Below, piece after piece: positions 37,755 through 48,341 of a stretch of 64,000 nucleotides of DNA (position 1 is the first letter of the stretch; the number at the start of each line of letters is the position of its first letter). Below the pieces are notes generated by a model, which worked only from the letters and a program-made list of their open reading frames with translations, searched no databases and had not been told where the DNA came from. Made by a program: the position numbers and the translations under genes. Origin of the DNA: Candidatus Kapaibacterium sp. (GTDB lineage Bacteria > Bacteroidota > Ignavibacteria > Kapaibacteriales > NICIL-2); contig JBKCNS010000010.1 of NCBI GenBank assembly GCA_046297095.1, positions 506 through 64,505 of the forward strand, read 5' to 3'.

Positions 37755-40700
37755 TTACCGGGCAATCATCATTGGTGTGCTAACCCGCGCGCCGGTGCCT
37801 GCGCTGAGCACTACGGTGTAGCGACCGCTCGGCAGACCATACTCGGCGGCATTCAAAACAAGTTGATGCACACCGGCGCTCATGATTGCATCGCTGATCA
37901 CGCATGCTTCTCTGCCGAATACATCCACAACACTCACGCGTACCGAAGTGCTTTGAGCCACTGCCAATGGTATCACGCAACGATCAAGTACCGGATGGGG
38001 TGCACATGGTCCGATACTCCAAGCCGTTACCACTGCTTCCCCTGTCTCCTTGGCATCGGAAATGGAGTTGACCATAACTAAAGCTTGCGCAGAATACACC
38101 ACACCGCAGGTGCTCATTACCCTGGCCCTATAAGAACCGGCGTCTGCGGGCCGCGCAACCTTTGTAAATACCGCGTTGATTGCTCCGGGAATTTCGAGGC
38201 CGTTGTGCTCCCACTGATACTGCACACGATGTCCGGTTGCCTGTGCTGAAAGTTGAAGCAATGCCCCTTCTCTCACAATAAGTTCCGAAACAGGCTGTAC
38301 GGTAATCTCGGTTTCCGGCAAAACAGTTAGTCGCGCAAGAGCTCGTTCTGCGGCGCCACAACCATTGAACACACGCACACTATATACCCCAGCAGACTGA
38401 TTTGTGACAGCATATTCCACATAGTTGCTCTCTGCTGCACCGGCAATAGGTTGTCCGTTCACAAACCATTGATAGCCAAGATCGTTGCCATCGGCCAGGT
38501 CTGCGCGCAGCGAGAAATAGGTGCCGGGACAAAGCTGCATGGAATGGAACTCATCCGTATCGGCAAAGCGTGGCGCGTGCACCGCTACCAGTCGAGCAGA
38601 TCTGGAGCTCACGAACACATTGTCGCCTAGATGTAATCGCACCGAATACTCACCGTTGTTTACATCTGTAAAGATTGGCATGGAGTACCATGAATCAGTT
38701 GCACCCGGTATTACCAGACCATTGCGCAGCCACTGATAGGTGAGAGGAATACCTTCGTCGGTAACGGCAACAACTCCCACTTGCGCTGATGAACCCAGGC
38801 AAATCTTTGCATCTGCCGGTTCTTGCATAATGGTGATCGGCGGAATAACGATTCTGGCTACATCACTAAATGTTTCGCCGCACAAACCTTGTATACGACA
38901 GGTGTATACGTGTTGAGCATCGGCTACGCCAATAGACCGGATAACAAGCAACGATGATTCGGAGCCTGTTGTTCTGTCGTTGTCCGCAAGCGGATTACCG
39001 TTTGCATACCATTGATATCGATGAGGTACATCGCCGATACTCTGTTCGTCAAGCGCAACCCGCAAGGTAGCTTCGCCGTGTAGAGCCGCATACGCGGTTC
39101 GGGTTTGGAAGGTAATGACCGGAGCACTAACCACGCGCAGGCGAACGGTATCGGTCATCACAAAGCCGGGCGAGCATTCCACCGCTCCGGTCAGCTTACA
39201 TGCATACATGCCCGCATGTTCAGCTTCAGCGGACTCAATCACATACTCCGGTGTATTGGAGGCCGGTAACGCAACGCCGTCACGGTACCATTGGTACAAG
39301 CCGGTGGATCCGATTGCTCGAACCGAAAGAACGATGTTTGAGTTATCACAAACTGTGGCCGGACGGGGTTGCTCAATGATACGCACCGGACTAAACACTA
39401 CGACCTCAGCTTCTTCCGATTCAATAGTAGCGCATACATCGCTGACGCGCACCGTGTACGCGCCTGCTGCTTCCGGCTGAATGTCATATAGTAACAACGC
39501 ACTGTCCATTGCTCCCTCGATTTCCCGGCCGTCTTTGAACCACTGATAACGCACATCCATTCCGCTTGCACGAGAGCTAAGCAGCACGGCCGCTCCGGTA
39601 CACACCGAAGCATTGCTTGGCAGCTCAACAAACTGCGGTGCAGGCAATACAGTCAGCGATGCCTCTGCCGATGCTGTGCTTATCTCTGAACAACGTGTAC
39701 CGATGTACACCGAATAGATTCCGGCCGCTGAATCCGATACTCCGCTAAGTACTAAGTGCGGAGTTGATGCCGTGGGATTCTCGAGAATTTCATTGCCGTC
39801 TTTGTACCATCGGAACACCGGCTCTGAACCGTACACCGATACGGTGAATTCTGCATCGCGCCCTGCACACACAACGATCGATTCAGGCTGAGAAACGATT
39901 CCCACAGGAACATCAATCATAAGAGTAAACTCTGAACTCATCAAAGGCGTAGGAAAACACCGTGAGTTGATCATACAATCGTACACACCTACATCCTGAG
40001 CCGATGCCTGCAATACACTCAAGGTGGATTGAGTGGCACCGGGAATAGCTTCGCCGTTGCGCCGCCACTGGTATTGCACCTCGGTGCCCGATGCCGTTAC
40101 ATGAGAAAACAACGATGAGCCGGTGCAAATCTGTTTTACACCCTGCAGAAGGTCTTCTGTAAGTTCGGGTTGCACAGAAGGCATCAAAAGATGCTCCACA
40201 CTTTGAAGTTCGTCGTCCGAGCAAAAGCCCCTAACCCGGCAGGAATACAGACCGCTGTCTGCCGTCATAAAGGAGGGAATAATCAACGTAGATGTGAGGG
40301 CCGATGCATTGTCTGCCACAGGCAGGCCATCTTTGTACCACCTGTAGCTGAGGTTCCAGCCGTCGCACTCCAGATTCAGATACACGGTTTCCGCAGCACA
40401 GGCGTACGAAGGCACCGCGGATAAATCATGAATAATTGAAGGAGCGTTGTAGACGGTCAAGGTAACCGAGCCCGATACACTACCGTACTCGCCGTTGCCA
40501 TCCGTCACCGAAACTAACTCGTAGGTGGTAGTAACGGCCGGCTCAACGCTAATCTCCAGGTCGTTGCTGTTTTCGTCCACTGCATACTGTTCTACTCCAT
40601 CAGAGTAAACCACTCTAAAAGGCGGAATACCCTGCAGAGCAACATGAATATTGGAGAGCGTTGCATTGTAACACGCCTCCGTTTGCGAAATCGAGATCAT

Positions 40701-40799
40701 CGTGGCCGTGGCGTTCTCTTGCACACCGGCCATGATGGTTGCGGGAATCAGCGTTGCCACCAACGCCACCATCCACAACGTGGTACGAAGCGTTTTCAT
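37755..40799 (-). CDS. secreted multi-Ig-like-repeat protein with C-terminal T9SS sorting domain (putative surface adhesin/cargo)
   Basis: Signal peptide MKTLRTTLWMVALVATLIPATIMAG. At least 9 tandem ~90-aa units each begin (V/Y)(R/Q)YQW(F/Y)xNG..I.GA and contain an aromatic-x-Cys core (YSCRV, YDCMI, YACKL, YTCRI, YRARVMSTC). The C-terminal ~70 aa (VSVVDVFGREA...LPSGRYTVVLSAGTGARVSTPMMIAR) fits the type-A T9SS CTD pattern. Confidence 0.7.
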   Translation of the reverse strand: MKTLRTTLWMVALVATLIPATIMAGVQENATATMISISQTEACYNATLSNIHVALQGIPPFRVVYSDGVEQYAVDENSNDLEISVEPAVTTTYELVSVTDGNGEYGSVSGSVTLTVYNAPSIIHDLSAVPSYACAAETVYLNLECDGWNLSYRWYKDGLPVADNASALTSTLIIPSFMTADSGLYSCRVRGFCSDDELQSVEHLLMPSVQPELTEDLLQGVKQICTGSSLFSHVTASGTEVQYQWRRNGEAIPGATQSTLSVLQASAQDVGVYDCMINSRCFPTPLMSSEFTLMIDVPVGIVSQPESIVVCAGRDAEFTVSVYGSEPVFRWYKDGNEILENPTASTPHLVLSGVSDSAAGIYSVYIGTRCSEISTASAEASLTVLPAPQFVELPSNASVCTGAAVLLSSRASGMDVRYQWFKDGREIEGAMDSALLLYDIQPEAAGAYTVRVSDVCATIESEEAEVVVFSPVRIIEQPRPATVCDNSNIVLSVRAIGSTGLYQWYRDGVALPASNTPEYVIESAEAEHAGMYACKLTGAVECSPGFVMTDTVRLRVVSAPVITFQTRTAYAALHGEATLRVALDEQSIGDVPHRYQWYANGNPLADNDRTTGSESSLLVIRSIGVADAQHVYTCRIQGLCGETFSDVARIVIPPITIMQEPADAKICLGSSAQVGVVAVTDEGIPLTYQWLRNGLVIPGATDSWYSMPIFTDVNNGEYSVRLHLGDNVFVSSRSARLVAVHAPRFADTDEFHSMQLCPGTYFSLRADLADGNDLGYQWFVNGQPIAGAAESNYVEYAVTNQSAGVYSVRVFNGCGAAERALARLTVLPETEITVQPVSELIVREGALLQLSAQATGHRVQYQWEHNGLEIPGAINAVFTKVARPADAGSYRARVMSTCGVVYSAQALVMVNSISDAKETGEAVVTAWSIGPCAPHPVLDRCVIPLAVAQSTSVRVSVVDVFGREACVISDAIMSAGVHQLVLNAAEYGLPSGRYTVVLSAGTGARVSTPMMIAR

Positions 40800-41029
40800 A
40801 GAAACCTCGCGAAAAATTGAAAAACCAAGATTGGGATTAAATAATACCATTTAGTATTATACCCGGATGCAACTTGGCATTTCTGCATGTAAGCGATTAT
40901 GACAATGGTCAGGTTGTAGTATGAGGTTTGTCAGAAAACTCGATTGCGGATGATTCACTGCCCCGTCAATTCCAACTTCCTGTAGGGTTGTTCGAGGCAA
41001 TCGAAGGGTTCCTTATCGAGTTGACAATG

Positions 41030-41070
41030 TGTGAGGACAAAAAAAGGCCTCGAAAAATTCGAGGCCTTCA
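41030..41070 (-). terminator. rho-independent terminator after gyrB
   Basis: AGGCCTCGAA-AAA-TTCGAGGCCT hairpin at 41045-41067, with T7 following on the minus strand. Confidence 0.65.
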
Positions 41071-41134
41071 GTGTTTTTGTGAGCGTGTGTATCCCTGCAG
41101 GTATGTGAGAGAAGCACGTCGGCCGAGCTTTGAA

Positions 41135-43135
41135 CTACACGTCCAGGTTCTTTACATACTGAGCATTGCGCTCAATAAACTCGCGGCGCGGCTCTACCTT
41201 ATCACCCATGAGAGTATCAAAGAGCAATGCGGCTTCAGCTGCGTTCTCCACCGTAACCTGCAATAGAGTGCGTGTCTCGGGATTCATCGTAGTGGACCAC
41301 AATTGCTCAGGATTCATCTCGCCCAATCCTTTAAATCGAGAGATAACTATACCATCTGCTGTTGCGCCCTCCTGCACCGGTTCTTCGTCTTCGATGCCCT
41401 CCTTCGCGTTCTTTGCTTTGGCTTTCTCTGCTTTCTCTTTTCGAATTCTGGCGATCACTTCATCGCGCTCGGCATCATTGTATGCGTAGTATTCTTGCTT
41501 GCCTTTTTTCAACTTGTACAAAGGCGGCTGCGCAATGTACAACTTGCCCAGCGTGATCAGTTCACGCATGTAATTGAAGAACAAGGTGAGCAACAAGGTA
41601 CGAATGTGGGAACCGTCCACATCAGCATCCGCCATGATGATAATCTTGCCGTAGCGTGCTCGGCTTGCGTCGAAATCATCGCCAAAACCTACACCGATTG
41701 CGGTAAGGATAATGCGAATTTCCTCGTTCTCCAGAATCTTGTTCAGGCGGGCCTTGTGAACGTTGAGTGGCTTACCCTTCAACGGCAGAATAGCTTGGAA
41801 GCGACGGTCGCGACCTTGTTTTGCGGAGCCACCTGCAGAGTCTCCCTCCACGATGTAGATCTCGCAATCTTCCGGCGTGCTCAAGGAACAATCGGCGAGC
41901 TTACCCGGCAACATCGACGACTCAAGAGCGTTTTTGCGGCGCACAAGTTCGCGTGATTTCTTTGCAGCAAGTCTGGCTTCGGCAGCAAGAATTGCTTTCT
42001 CCAGAATACGCTTCGCCACAGAGGGATTCGCGTCCAAATGCTGCGTGAGCTGTTCATTCACGATAGCACGAACGATACTCTCTGTTTCACTGTTTCCAAG
42101 TTTTGTTTTGGTCTGACCTTCAAACTGAGGCTCGGCTACCTTCACGGAGATAATGGCTGTTAAGCCCTCCTTGAAGTCGTCGCCGGTCAGCGATACCTTG
42201 TCCATTTTGTTGGCAGCAGCATAGGTATTCATGGTACGGGTAAATGCCGACCGGAATCCCGACACGTGCGTACCGCCTTCTACCGTGTTGATGTTGTTTA
42301 CATACGAGCTGATGCGATCGGTGTAGGTATCGTTGTACTCAAAGCACACATCTACAACCGTCTCGCTGCCGCTTTCGCCGGTAGCTTTACCGCTGATCAA
42401 GATGGGTTTGATGATAGCCGTAACAGCGCTGTCTACGTATCGTACAAAGTCTACCAATCCACCGCGAAAGGCGAACACTTCTTTTTTGCCATCACGTTCA
42501 TCGGCCAGCTCGATGGTGATCTCGGGATTCAGAAACGCCAATTCGCGCAATCTCTCGGATACCCGCTCAAACTTGAACGTAACTGTAGAGAAAATTGAAG
42601 CATCCGGGTAGAAGCGTACTTCGGTGCCCGTCTGCTTCGATGTGCCGGCCACAGCCACTGGAGCGGTGGGAACACCAATCTCGTAATCCTGACGGTAGAT
42701 CTTACCGTCGCGCTGAATTGTTACTTCGCAACGTGTAGAAAGTGCATTCACGCACGACACTCCTACACCGTGCAAACCGCCCGACACTTTGTAGGAATTC
42801 TTATCGAACTTTCCGCCGGCGTGCAGGGTACACATTACCACTTCCAAGGTAGAAATCTTCTTTACCGGGTGCGGTCCGGTGGGAATTCCGCGGCCGTCAT
42901 CACGAACGGAACAAGCGCCGTCCGCATGAAGCGTCACAAAAATGGTGCGGCAAAACCCCGCCAGTGCTTCGTCTATAGAGTTATCTACAACTTCCTGAAT
43001 CAAGTGGTGCAATCCGCGTTCGCCCGTATCACCGATGTACATGGCAGGACGTTTACGTACCGCTTCCAATCCTTCAAGGATCTTAATACTGTCTTCGGTA
43101 TAACCACTATTTTGTTTTTCTTCTTTCGAAGCCAT
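41135..43135 (-). CDS. gyrB: DNA gyrase subunit B
   Basis: MASKEEKQNSGYTEDSIKILEGLEAVRKRPAMYIGDTGERGLHHLIQEVVDNSIDEALAG is the GHKL ATPase N-terminus. A TOPRIM region with EGDSAGGSAKQGRDRRFQAILPLKGK follows. Length 666 aa. Confidence 0.95.
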   Translation of the reverse strand: MASKEEKQNSGYTEDSIKILEGLEAVRKRPAMYIGDTGERGLHHLIQEVVDNSIDEALAGFCRTIFVTLHADGACSVRDDGRGIPTGPHPVKKISTLEVVMCTLHAGGKFDKNSYKVSGGLHGVGVSCVNALSTRCEVTIQRDGKIYRQDYEIGVPTAPVAVAGTSKQTGTEVRFYPDASIFSTVTFKFERVSERLRELAFLNPEITIELADERDGKKEVFAFRGGLVDFVRYVDSAVTAIIKPILISGKATGESGSETVVDVCFEYNDTYTDRISSYVNNINTVEGGTHVSGFRSAFTRTMNTYAAANKMDKVSLTGDDFKEGLTAIISVKVAEPQFEGQTKTKLGNSETESIVRAIVNEQLTQHLDANPSVAKRILEKAILAAEARLAAKKSRELVRRKNALESSMLPGKLADCSLSTPEDCEIYIVEGDSAGGSAKQGRDRRFQAILPLKGKPLNVHKARLNKILENEEIRIILTAIGVGFGDDFDASRARYGKIIIMADADVDGSHIRTLLLTLFFNYMRELITLGKLYIAQPPLYKLKKGKQEYYAYNDAERDEVIARIRKEKAEKAKAKNAKEGIEDEEPVQEGATADGIVISRFKGLGEMNPEQLWSTTMNPETRTLLQVTVENAAEAALLFDTLMGDKVEPRREFIERNAQYVKNLDV

Positions 43136-43469
43136 GAGAGTAGAGAGTCAATGACAAAAAATGACCGATCACATCTTCGTGTGACCTACTGCGAACGTTT
43201 GGGAATTACCATGAAGTCGATGGAGAGTTCCCTCATCCATGATTTCTTGAAAAGTACTCCACTATTGTGTTCGCGGGATCACTGCGCCGGGCTGAATGCC
43301 GTAGCACGATGAAGCTTAATGATTGGGGGGATTTGGGAGGCCGTACACCGCCCAAAACAACATGTGCAAAGATAGGTCAAAAATGCCCCAAAAACAAGGT
43401 TTTATGCGGGTTTTGGGCTCTTTGAAGGGTCTAAAGTTTTCCCCACATTTGGCGGCCACGACGCATTAC

Positions 43470-43514
43470 TGTGCAAAGAAAAAGCGCGCACGATTTCTCA
43501 TCAGTGCGCGCCTT
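43470..43514 (-). terminator. rho-independent terminator after hutU
   Basis: GGCGCGCAC-(15 nt)-GTGCGCGC hairpin on the minus strand, followed by TTTTTCTTTG. Confidence 0.6.
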
Positions 43515-43552
43515 CATATTCCGTCTACAATGCCGTGCTTTCAAGCTTTGGT

Positions 43553-45199
43553 TTAGGCCATGGGAATACGAATTCCCCATGACGACGCATTCTTCTGCGC
43601 CCTCTCGTATCCGGCATCGGCATGGCGTAATACACCCATAAGAGGATCGTATGTAAGAACCCGCTGCAATCGTGCAGCCGCGGCGTCGGTACCGTCTGCC
43701 ACTACTACCATACCGGCGTGCAGAGACAATCCCATACCCACTCCACCTCCCTGATGCAACGATACCCAGGTGGCACCGCCAAGGGTGTTGAGCGCGAAGT
43801 TTAAATACACCCAGTCTGCCACGGCATCGGAGGTATCCAGCATTGCTTCGGTCTCACGATTGGGGCTGGCCACACTTCCGCAGTCCAGGTGGTCTCTACC
43901 AATCACGATGGGAGCTTCTACTTTTCCTTCGCGCACAAGTTTGTTGAACATAGCGCCTGCCAATGCACGCTCTCCGTACCCAAGCCAGCAAATTCTTGCC
44001 GGCAATCCCTGCCACCCAATGTGCTTACGAGCGTTATCAATCCAGCGATGTAAATCATCGTGATTCGGGAACAGCTCTTTCATTGCCTGGTCGGTGGTAT
44101 GAATATCGTCCGGATTACCGCTCAAGGCCACCCATCGGAACGGACCACGTCCATCGCAGAATTGCGGACGAATGTATGCGGGCACGAAGCCCGGGAAATC
44201 AAAAGCGTTAGAAACATTGCCATACTCTTTGGCAATTCCGCGAATGTTGTTTCCGTAATCAAACACCTTTGCGCCGCGCTCCTGGAATGCAAGCATAGCC
44301 GATACGTGCGCTGCTATGGAAGCATAGGACTTTGCCAAATACTCTTGAGCATCTGTTACACGAAGCGTATCTGCTTCTTCCATGGTCATACCCGAGGGAT
44401 AGTAACCGTTCAAGGGATCGTGAGCCGATGTTTGATCGGTAACCACATCAGGAATGATATTTCTTTTCAATAGCTCGGGAAGAATCTCTGCTGCATTGCC
44501 TACCAGACCCACAGATACCGCTGTCTTTGCTTCGGTATGACGACGTATGTGCTCCAAGGCTTCGTCCAGGGAGTGCGCTTTCAGCTGGCAATAGCCATCG
44601 TGAATGCGCTTATCAATTCGCGATTCGTTGATCTCTATACACAGCACCGCAGCTCCTGCGAAATAGGCCGCAAGCGGCTGCGCTCCACCCATTCCGCCCA
44701 TGCCTGCGGTAAGCACAAACCGTCCGTGTAACGATCCTCCAAAGTGCTGGCGTCCGCATTCGGCAAAGGTCTCGTAGGTACCCTGCACAATGCCCTGCGT
44801 GCCAATGTAAATCCAGCTTCCGGCTGTCATCTGTCCGTACATCATCAATCCCAGTGCATCAAGGCGGCGAAACTCATCCCAGGTGGCCCACTTGCCTACC
44901 AAGTTCGAATTGGCAATAAGTACGCGAGGAGCATCGGCGTGGGTGCGAACAATGCCCACCGGCTTACCGCTTTGCACCAGCAAGGTGTCGTCTTCATTCA
45001 TCTCGCGCAAGCTCTTGAGAATTGCTTCAAAGCAATCGCGGTTTCGAGCTGCTTTACCGATACCGCCATACACCACCAAGTCTTCCGGGCGTTCGGCATT
45101 ATCAGGATCAAGATTGTTTTGGATCATTCTGTAGGCTGCTTCAATCTCCCAATTCTTACAGCTTAAAGTGGTTCCGCGTGGCGACCGTATTGCTTGCAT
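43553..45199 (-). CDS. hutU: urocanate hydratase
   Basis: [41 protein letters not shown]-terminal region and the NAD-binding [10 protein letters not shown] motif. Length 548 aa. Confidence 0.9.
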   Translation of the reverse strand: MQAIRSPRGTTLSCKNWEIEAAYRMIQNNLDPDNAERPEDLVVYGGIGKAARNRDCFEAILKSLREMNEDDTLLVQSGKPVGIVRTHADAPRVLIANSNLVGKWATWDEFRRLDALGLMMYGQMTAGSWIYIGTQGIVQGTYETFAECGRQHFGGSLHGRFVLTAGMGGMGGAQPLAAYFAGAAVLCIEINESRIDKRIHDGYCQLKAHSLDEALEHIRRHTEAKTAVSVGLVGNAAEILPELLKRNIIPDVVTDQTSAHDPLNGYYPSGMTMEEADTLRVTDAQEYLAKSYASIAAHVSAMLAFQERGAKVFDYGNNIRGIAKEYGNVSNAFDFPGFVPAYIRPQFCDGRGPFRWVALSGNPDDIHTTDQAMKELFPNHDDLHRWIDNARKHIGWQGLPARICWLGYGERALAGAMFNKLVREGKVEAPIVIGRDHLDCGSVASPNRETEAMLDTSDAVADWVYLNFALNTLGGATWVSLHQGGGVGMGLSLHAGMVVVADGTDAAAARLQRVLTYDPLMGVLRHADAGYERAQKNASSWGIRIPMA

Positions 45200-45306
45200 G
45201 GTTTCTCCGTTGCGATATGGTTATTCGTAATTATCAACTTGAACTGTAGGGGGTGAATGTACGTGCCTGATGAAGTACCATCCGCCCGCAAGTATTGCAG
45301 TCAGGG

Positions 45307-45684
45307 CTAGTTCAGCCTGGCCTTTTTGTCTGCCTCGCTGCGCATGTAATCCTCGATGTCATTTTTTCTCAAGGCATTTTTCTCGGCGATTAGGCGTAAC
45401 ATCTGCCATGTGTAAATTCCGGAATCGTGCTTGTCTTTCCACGTAGCCTGAACGCCATAATTGCCCACAGGTTCCAGCCGCTCAAGTTCATTCATTCCGG
45501 GAACAAATTGTTTAATTCCAACAAGATACGTGGTTCCCATAATAGTCTCGCCTTTGCATAATGCACAGGGACATTCCTCTCGGAATACTTCCAGCGTGAT
45601 GGTAGATGAGAATCCGTCGTCCCACGTCAATGTGAGTAAATTGGGATGAGGCCTGCTGAGCGTGGTGGGTATGTACGAAGGCAT
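45307..45684 (-). CDS. DUF971 / gamma-butyrobetaine-hydroxylase N-terminal-like small protein
   Basis: 125 aa. LTLTWDDGFSSTITLEVFREECPCALCKG pattern with conserved W-x-DG ... CxCAxC. Confidence 0.55.
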   Translation of the reverse strand: MPSYIPTTLSRPHPNLLTLTWDDGFSSTITLEVFREECPCALCKGETIMGTTYLVGIKQFVPGMNELERLEPVGNYGVQATWKDKHDSGIYTWQMLRLIAEKNALRKNDIEDYMRSEADKKARLN

Positions 45685-45868
45685 AGGTTCGTTTGATTTC
45701 AGGTGGATCGTTGTTGAGAATCGTCGTTGGGAATCGTAGTTGGGAGTCGAAGATGTCAGGCACTCATTCAGGTACTCATGAAGTTCAATCTTGCTGCGTA
45801 CATTGCAATAGCGATTGTACGGCTTTCAGTTCTCTCCATCGTCGCCTCCGCCCGCTCGCCCAGGACGA

Positions 45869-46726
45869 ATGATCAACGAAATTAGTCAGTATTTGCGAAG
45901 CATTTTTACTCCCTTTGCCGATGTGCTCGCGCCCGGGCTTTGCCTAATGTGCGAATTGCCCATTGAAAAGTACCGCCCTGCCACTTCGGCACAGATGAAT
46001 CGTCGCGAAAACAATCATGACAATACAACACACGCGTCGTTGCAAAGCGTGGAAAGGTTCGTGAATTCCGACTACATCTGCCGTGCCTGCCTGTACGCGC
46101 TACCGCCTTCCCCGCCTTCCCGCGATCTGCTCAATGAACTCATTGAGCGATTTCCCGGGGACAACCTTGCCATTCACGCAGCGCATTCCTGCTTTGCCGC
46201 CAAGGCGTCTGATCACGCCGGCCTGATGAAACTTATACACATACTCAAGTATAACGGCGTGGCTCATATTGGTAGAGATCTGGGGAGACTGCTGGCGGTT
46301 GGCATACAGCGTGAACTTCGTGAACGGGAGCCCGCGGTATTAGTCCACGGCAACTATTCTCCGCAGTCCCTCCACGCCATTATTCCGGTGCCCATACATA
46401 AGGCACGAAGGCGCGAGCGCGGGTATAATCAGGCCGAGTGGATTGCTCAGGGAGTGGCAGATGTACTCGATCTTCCCATTCTTTCCACGGCGCTTGTACG
46501 ACGCCGTAATCGCGGCTCACAAACCATGCTCTCCGGCAAAGACCGAATGCGCAATGCTGAGTCTGCCTTTGGCCCGGGGCCGCAATCCACCGCTCTTTAT
46601 GATAAGCACGTGCTGCTGGTGGACGATGTTCTCACCACAGGATCCACCGTGAACGCAGTGGCTCTTAGCGCGCTGGAATGCGGTGCACGCAGTGTTAGCG
46701 TTGCTACCGTGATTTGCGCTCGATAG
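45869..46726 (+). CDS. ComF-family phosphoribosyltransferase-domain protein
   Basis: N-terminal Cys pairs (CLMCELP, CRACLYALP). C-terminal PRTase motif VLLVDDVLTTGSTVNAVALSALECGARSVSVATV. The ORF could start as early as 45815. Confidence 0.7.
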   Translation: MINEISQYLRSIFTPFADVLAPGLCLMCELPIEKYRPATSAQMNRRENNHDNTTHASLQSVERFVNSDYICRACLYALPPSPPSRDLLNELIERFPGDNLAIHAAHSCFAAKASDHAGLMKLIHILKYNGVAHIGRDLGRLLAVGIQRELREREPAVLVHGNYSPQSLHAIIPVPIHKARRRERGYNQAEWIAQGVADVLDLPILSTALVRRRNRGSQTMLSGKDRMRNAESAFGPGPQSTALYDKHVLLVDDVLTTGSTVNAVALSALECGARSVSVATVICAR

Positions 46727-46840
46727 CAAGAGCAGAACGTGTACATCAACACATCTTAAGCCCACCGCTTCCCATCACTAGGCGCATGTCACTTCAGCAC
46801 TGCGTCCGTAGATTCGTGCATTACGTTTAACGGAGTTCAC

Positions 46841-48277
46841 ATGAATTCACCTGCCAATCTTCGAAGCCTGGTACAGTCAGTATTGATGGTGTTGCTGCTG
46901 CCCACGGGTCTGTGCATTGCTCAACCTTCCTCGGCCGTGTTTCCCTACGAGCGTTTCGACGACGACGGCGTGCCTGCATCCCGTCATCGTGAACGCCGCG
47001 AGCAAGTTATCGCCAGGCATTCGGCGAAGGCCCTGATCGTGGCACTGAGCGCCGACGTGCGTAACCGCCAAAATGATGTGGACTATGAGTACCGGCAGAA
47101 TTCAAACTTTCTGTACCTGAGCGGAGGCACTGAAGCTTCCTGCGCATTGATACTTATACCGGGCGGCACCGTGGTGGATGGTGTTGAGTGTGATGAAATC
47201 TTTTTTGTGCGCCCCCGCGATCCTTCGCGCGAACAATGGACCGGCGTGAGCATGGGTGTTGCGGAAGCAAAAAACGTACTTGGGATGCGCTGTGCTGTAG
47301 AATACAGCCGGCTTGCGCCCCTGCTGGACAGTCTTCTCAAAGGCCGTGATACCTTGTTCCTTGCATCGGGATTGCCAACAGCTTCGTTGCAAAATCCCCT
47401 ACTGCCGTCTCGGCTTTCCGCTGAGCAAGCTCTGCGAGATAAACTTCACGAGAAGTATCCCGACCTGTACATCCGCACAACTCTTCCGGACATGAGCGCC
47501 ATGCGCGAGATTAAGGACGAGCATGAGATACGCTTGCTGCAAAAGGCAATCAATGTATCAATCGAAGGTCATCTTGCTACTATTCGCGCAGCCGTTCCGG
47601 GTATCAAAGAATATCAGCTGGAAGCAGTGATGGAACACGGCTTCAAGTATAACGGCGCGGAGGATGTGGGATATCCAAGTATCGTGGGCAGCGGATACAA
47701 CGCATGTATACTGCATTATCAATCGAACAGAAGAACCACACGGCTTGGAGAGCTGGTTCTGGCCGACTGCGGCGCTGAGTATCATGGATACACCGCCGAC
47801 ATCACCAGAACGTTTCCTGTAAGCGGTTCATTCACGCCCGAGCAACGAGTTATTTACGATATCGTTTTGGAGGCACAGGATTCGGGCATCGCTCGATGCC
47901 GCGCCGGCAATGCCTTCCGTGCTGCACATCGTGCCGCCATGAGCGTGGTACAGCAGAGACTTTTGGAACGTGGCATCATCAAAGATTCTTCCGAAGCGTC
48001 GAAGTATTTCATGCACGGCACTTCGCATTATCTGGGTTTGGATGTGCACGATGCAGGAACCGGCGGAGCACTGAAGCCGCGCGTGGTTATGACCGTAGAG
48101 CCGGGCATCTATATTCCCCGTGGAAGCGCGTGCGACAAACGTTGGTGGGACATCGGTGTGCGCATTGAAGATGATATTCTTGTTACCGAAGGCGACCCCA
48201 TAAACATGAGCAGCGCGCTACCCAGAAAGTCCGACGAAATTGAAGCGCTGATGAAGAACAACGGGCGCCAAGAGTAA
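46841..48277 (+). CDS. Xaa-Pro aminopeptidase (M24B family) with signal peptide
   Basis: Signal peptide MNSPANLRSLVQSVLMVLLLPTGLCIA. M24 pita-bread domain carrying metal ligands in the HGTSHYLGLDVHD and VEPGIY motifs. Confidence 0.8.
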   Translation: MNSPANLRSLVQSVLMVLLLPTGLCIAQPSSAVFPYERFDDDGVPASRHRERREQVIARHSAKALIVALSADVRNRQNDVDYEYRQNSNFLYLSGGTEASCALILIPGGTVVDGVECDEIFFVRPRDPSREQWTGVSMGVAEAKNVLGMRCAVEYSRLAPLLDSLLKGRDTLFLASGLPTASLQNPLLPSRLSAEQALRDKLHEKYPDLYIRTTLPDMSAMREIKDEHEIRLLQKAINVSIEGHLATIRAAVPGIKEYQLEAVMEHGFKYNGAEDVGYPSIVGSGYNACILHYQSNRRTTRLGELVLADCGAEYHGYTADITRTFPVSGSFTPEQRVIYDIVLEAQDSGIARCRAGNAFRAAHRAAMSVVQQRLLERGIIKDSSEASKYFMHGTSHYLGLDVHDAGTGGALKPRVVMTVEPGIYIPRGSACDKRWWDIGVRIEDDILVTEGDPINMSSALPRKSDEIEALMKNNGRQE

Positions 48278-48341
48278 TGGCGAGTGTAGAGCACTGAACA
48301 AGACTCATGGTAAAGACACGAGCACTACGGCATCAACGCGT

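Noticed and set aside
37563-38081. 172-aa + strand ORF continuing past the clpB stop
   Set aside because: It is in a different frame from clpB, lies antisense to the Ig-repeat gene, and shows no ClpB middle-domain or NBD2 similarity.
26364-40850. Whether the OmpA-photolyase-RR-clpB fragment-Ig protein stretch is a mobile genomic island
   Set aside because: No integrase, transposase, tRNA attachment site or flanking direct repeats could be found. nadE within it is a core gene. It is kept only as a possible rearrangement hotspot.
43323-43556. 77-aa ORF in the gyrB upstream region
   Set aside because: There is no RBS context or motifs, the region is better explained as the hutU terminator plus gyrB leader, and the composition is biased by G/C tracts.
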